Positions 63,347 to 64,000 of a stretch of 64,000 nucleotides of DNA are shown piece by piece. The translations under genes were made by a program, and so were the position numbers. Under the pieces are notes generated by a model that searched no databases, was not told where the DNA came from, and worked only from the letters and a program-made list of their open reading frames with translations. Positions within the stretch are counted from its first letter, which is position 1. Each line of letters begins with the position of its first letter. This DNA comes from Podarcis filfolensis (Eukaryota): NCBI GenBank assembly GCA_964270895.1, contig OZ185436.1; one strand, 5' to 3'.

Positions 63347-64000
63347 AAATATGGTCTGAACCTCAGCATCAAAAAAACTAAGATCATGGCCACTGGTCCC
63401 ATCACCTCCTGGCAAAAAGAAGGGGAAGAAATGGAGGCACTGAGAGATTTTACTTTCTTGGGTTCCATGATCACTGCAGATGGTGAGAGCAGTTAAAATT
63501 AAAAAAATTAAAAGACGCCTGCTTCTTGGGAGAAAAGCAATGACAAACCTAGACGCATCTTATAAAGCAGAGACATCACCTTGCCAACAAAGGTCCGTAT
63601 AGTCAAAGCTATGGTTTTCCCAGTAGTGATGTATGGAAGTGAGAGCTGGACCATAAAGAAGGCTGATCGCCGAAGAATTGATGCTTTTGAATTATGGTGC
63701 TGGAGGAGACTCTTGAGAGTCCCATGGACTGCAAGAAGATCAAACCTATCCATTCTGAAGGAAATCAGCCCTGAGTGCTCACTGGAAGGACAGGTCCTGA
63801 AGCTGAGGCTCCAATACTTTGGCCACATCATGAGAAGAGAAGACTCCCTGGAAAAGACCCTGATGTTGGGAAAGATTGAGAGCACAAGGAGAAGGGGACG
63901 ACAGAGGACGAGGTGGTTGGACATTGTTCTCAAAGCTACCAACATGAGTTTGACCAAACTGGGGGAGGCAGTGGAAGACAGGTGTGCCTGGCGTGCTCTG
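63347..64000 (+). mobile_element. BovB (RTE) LINE, 5'-truncated, runs off the right edge
   Basis: RT C-terminus KKTKIMATGPITSWQ.EGEEME...FTFLGSMITADG; aaagctatggttttcccagtagtgatgtatggaagtgagagctggacc; indels near 63495-63560. Confidence 0.93.

Noticed and set aside
63508-63957. 149-aa minus-strand ORF
   Set aside because: Antisense of the BovB RT region.
25100-64000. Exons of the expected neighbour CHCHD6 or of NUP210-like sequence
   Set aside because: No recognisable coding sequence or second CpG island found; synteny is only assumed from human.

Overview
Vertebrate genomic DNA, most likely a lacertid-type lizard (inferred from Sauria, Squam2- and Squam3-type SINEs, BovB, and the CR1/L2 tails). 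Positions 152-24603 on the minus strand hold 14 coding exons of TXNRD3 (thioredoxin-glutathione reductase). They splice in frame to 541 codons: an N-terminal glutaredoxin domain with a CPFC motif, the GGGSGG FAD motif, the CVNVGC redox centre and the NADPH domain. The last exons, the Sec codon and the SECIS lie off the left edge. The gene starts in a CpG island at about 24.1-25.05 kb. The remaining 39 kb has no recognisable host gene and is dense in transposons, several with exact target-site duplications (TSDs) and several nested. Best leads: (1) a young Penelope-like retroelement family carrying minimal hammerhead ribozymes, including a ~200-bp fold-back insertion in TXNRD3 intron 1 with one ribozyme on each strand; (2) an inverted Penelope/SINE chimera; (3) an open, Arg-rich in-frame leader upstream of the TXNRD3 ATG that could start at a non-AUG codon; (4) perfect NRF2/NF-E2 elements, one next to an RFX X-box; (5) a solo LTR with a decayed internal ORF; (6) a 19-bp perfect hairpin. 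No alignments or database searches were run, so family names rest on recognition and coordinates were counted by hand.
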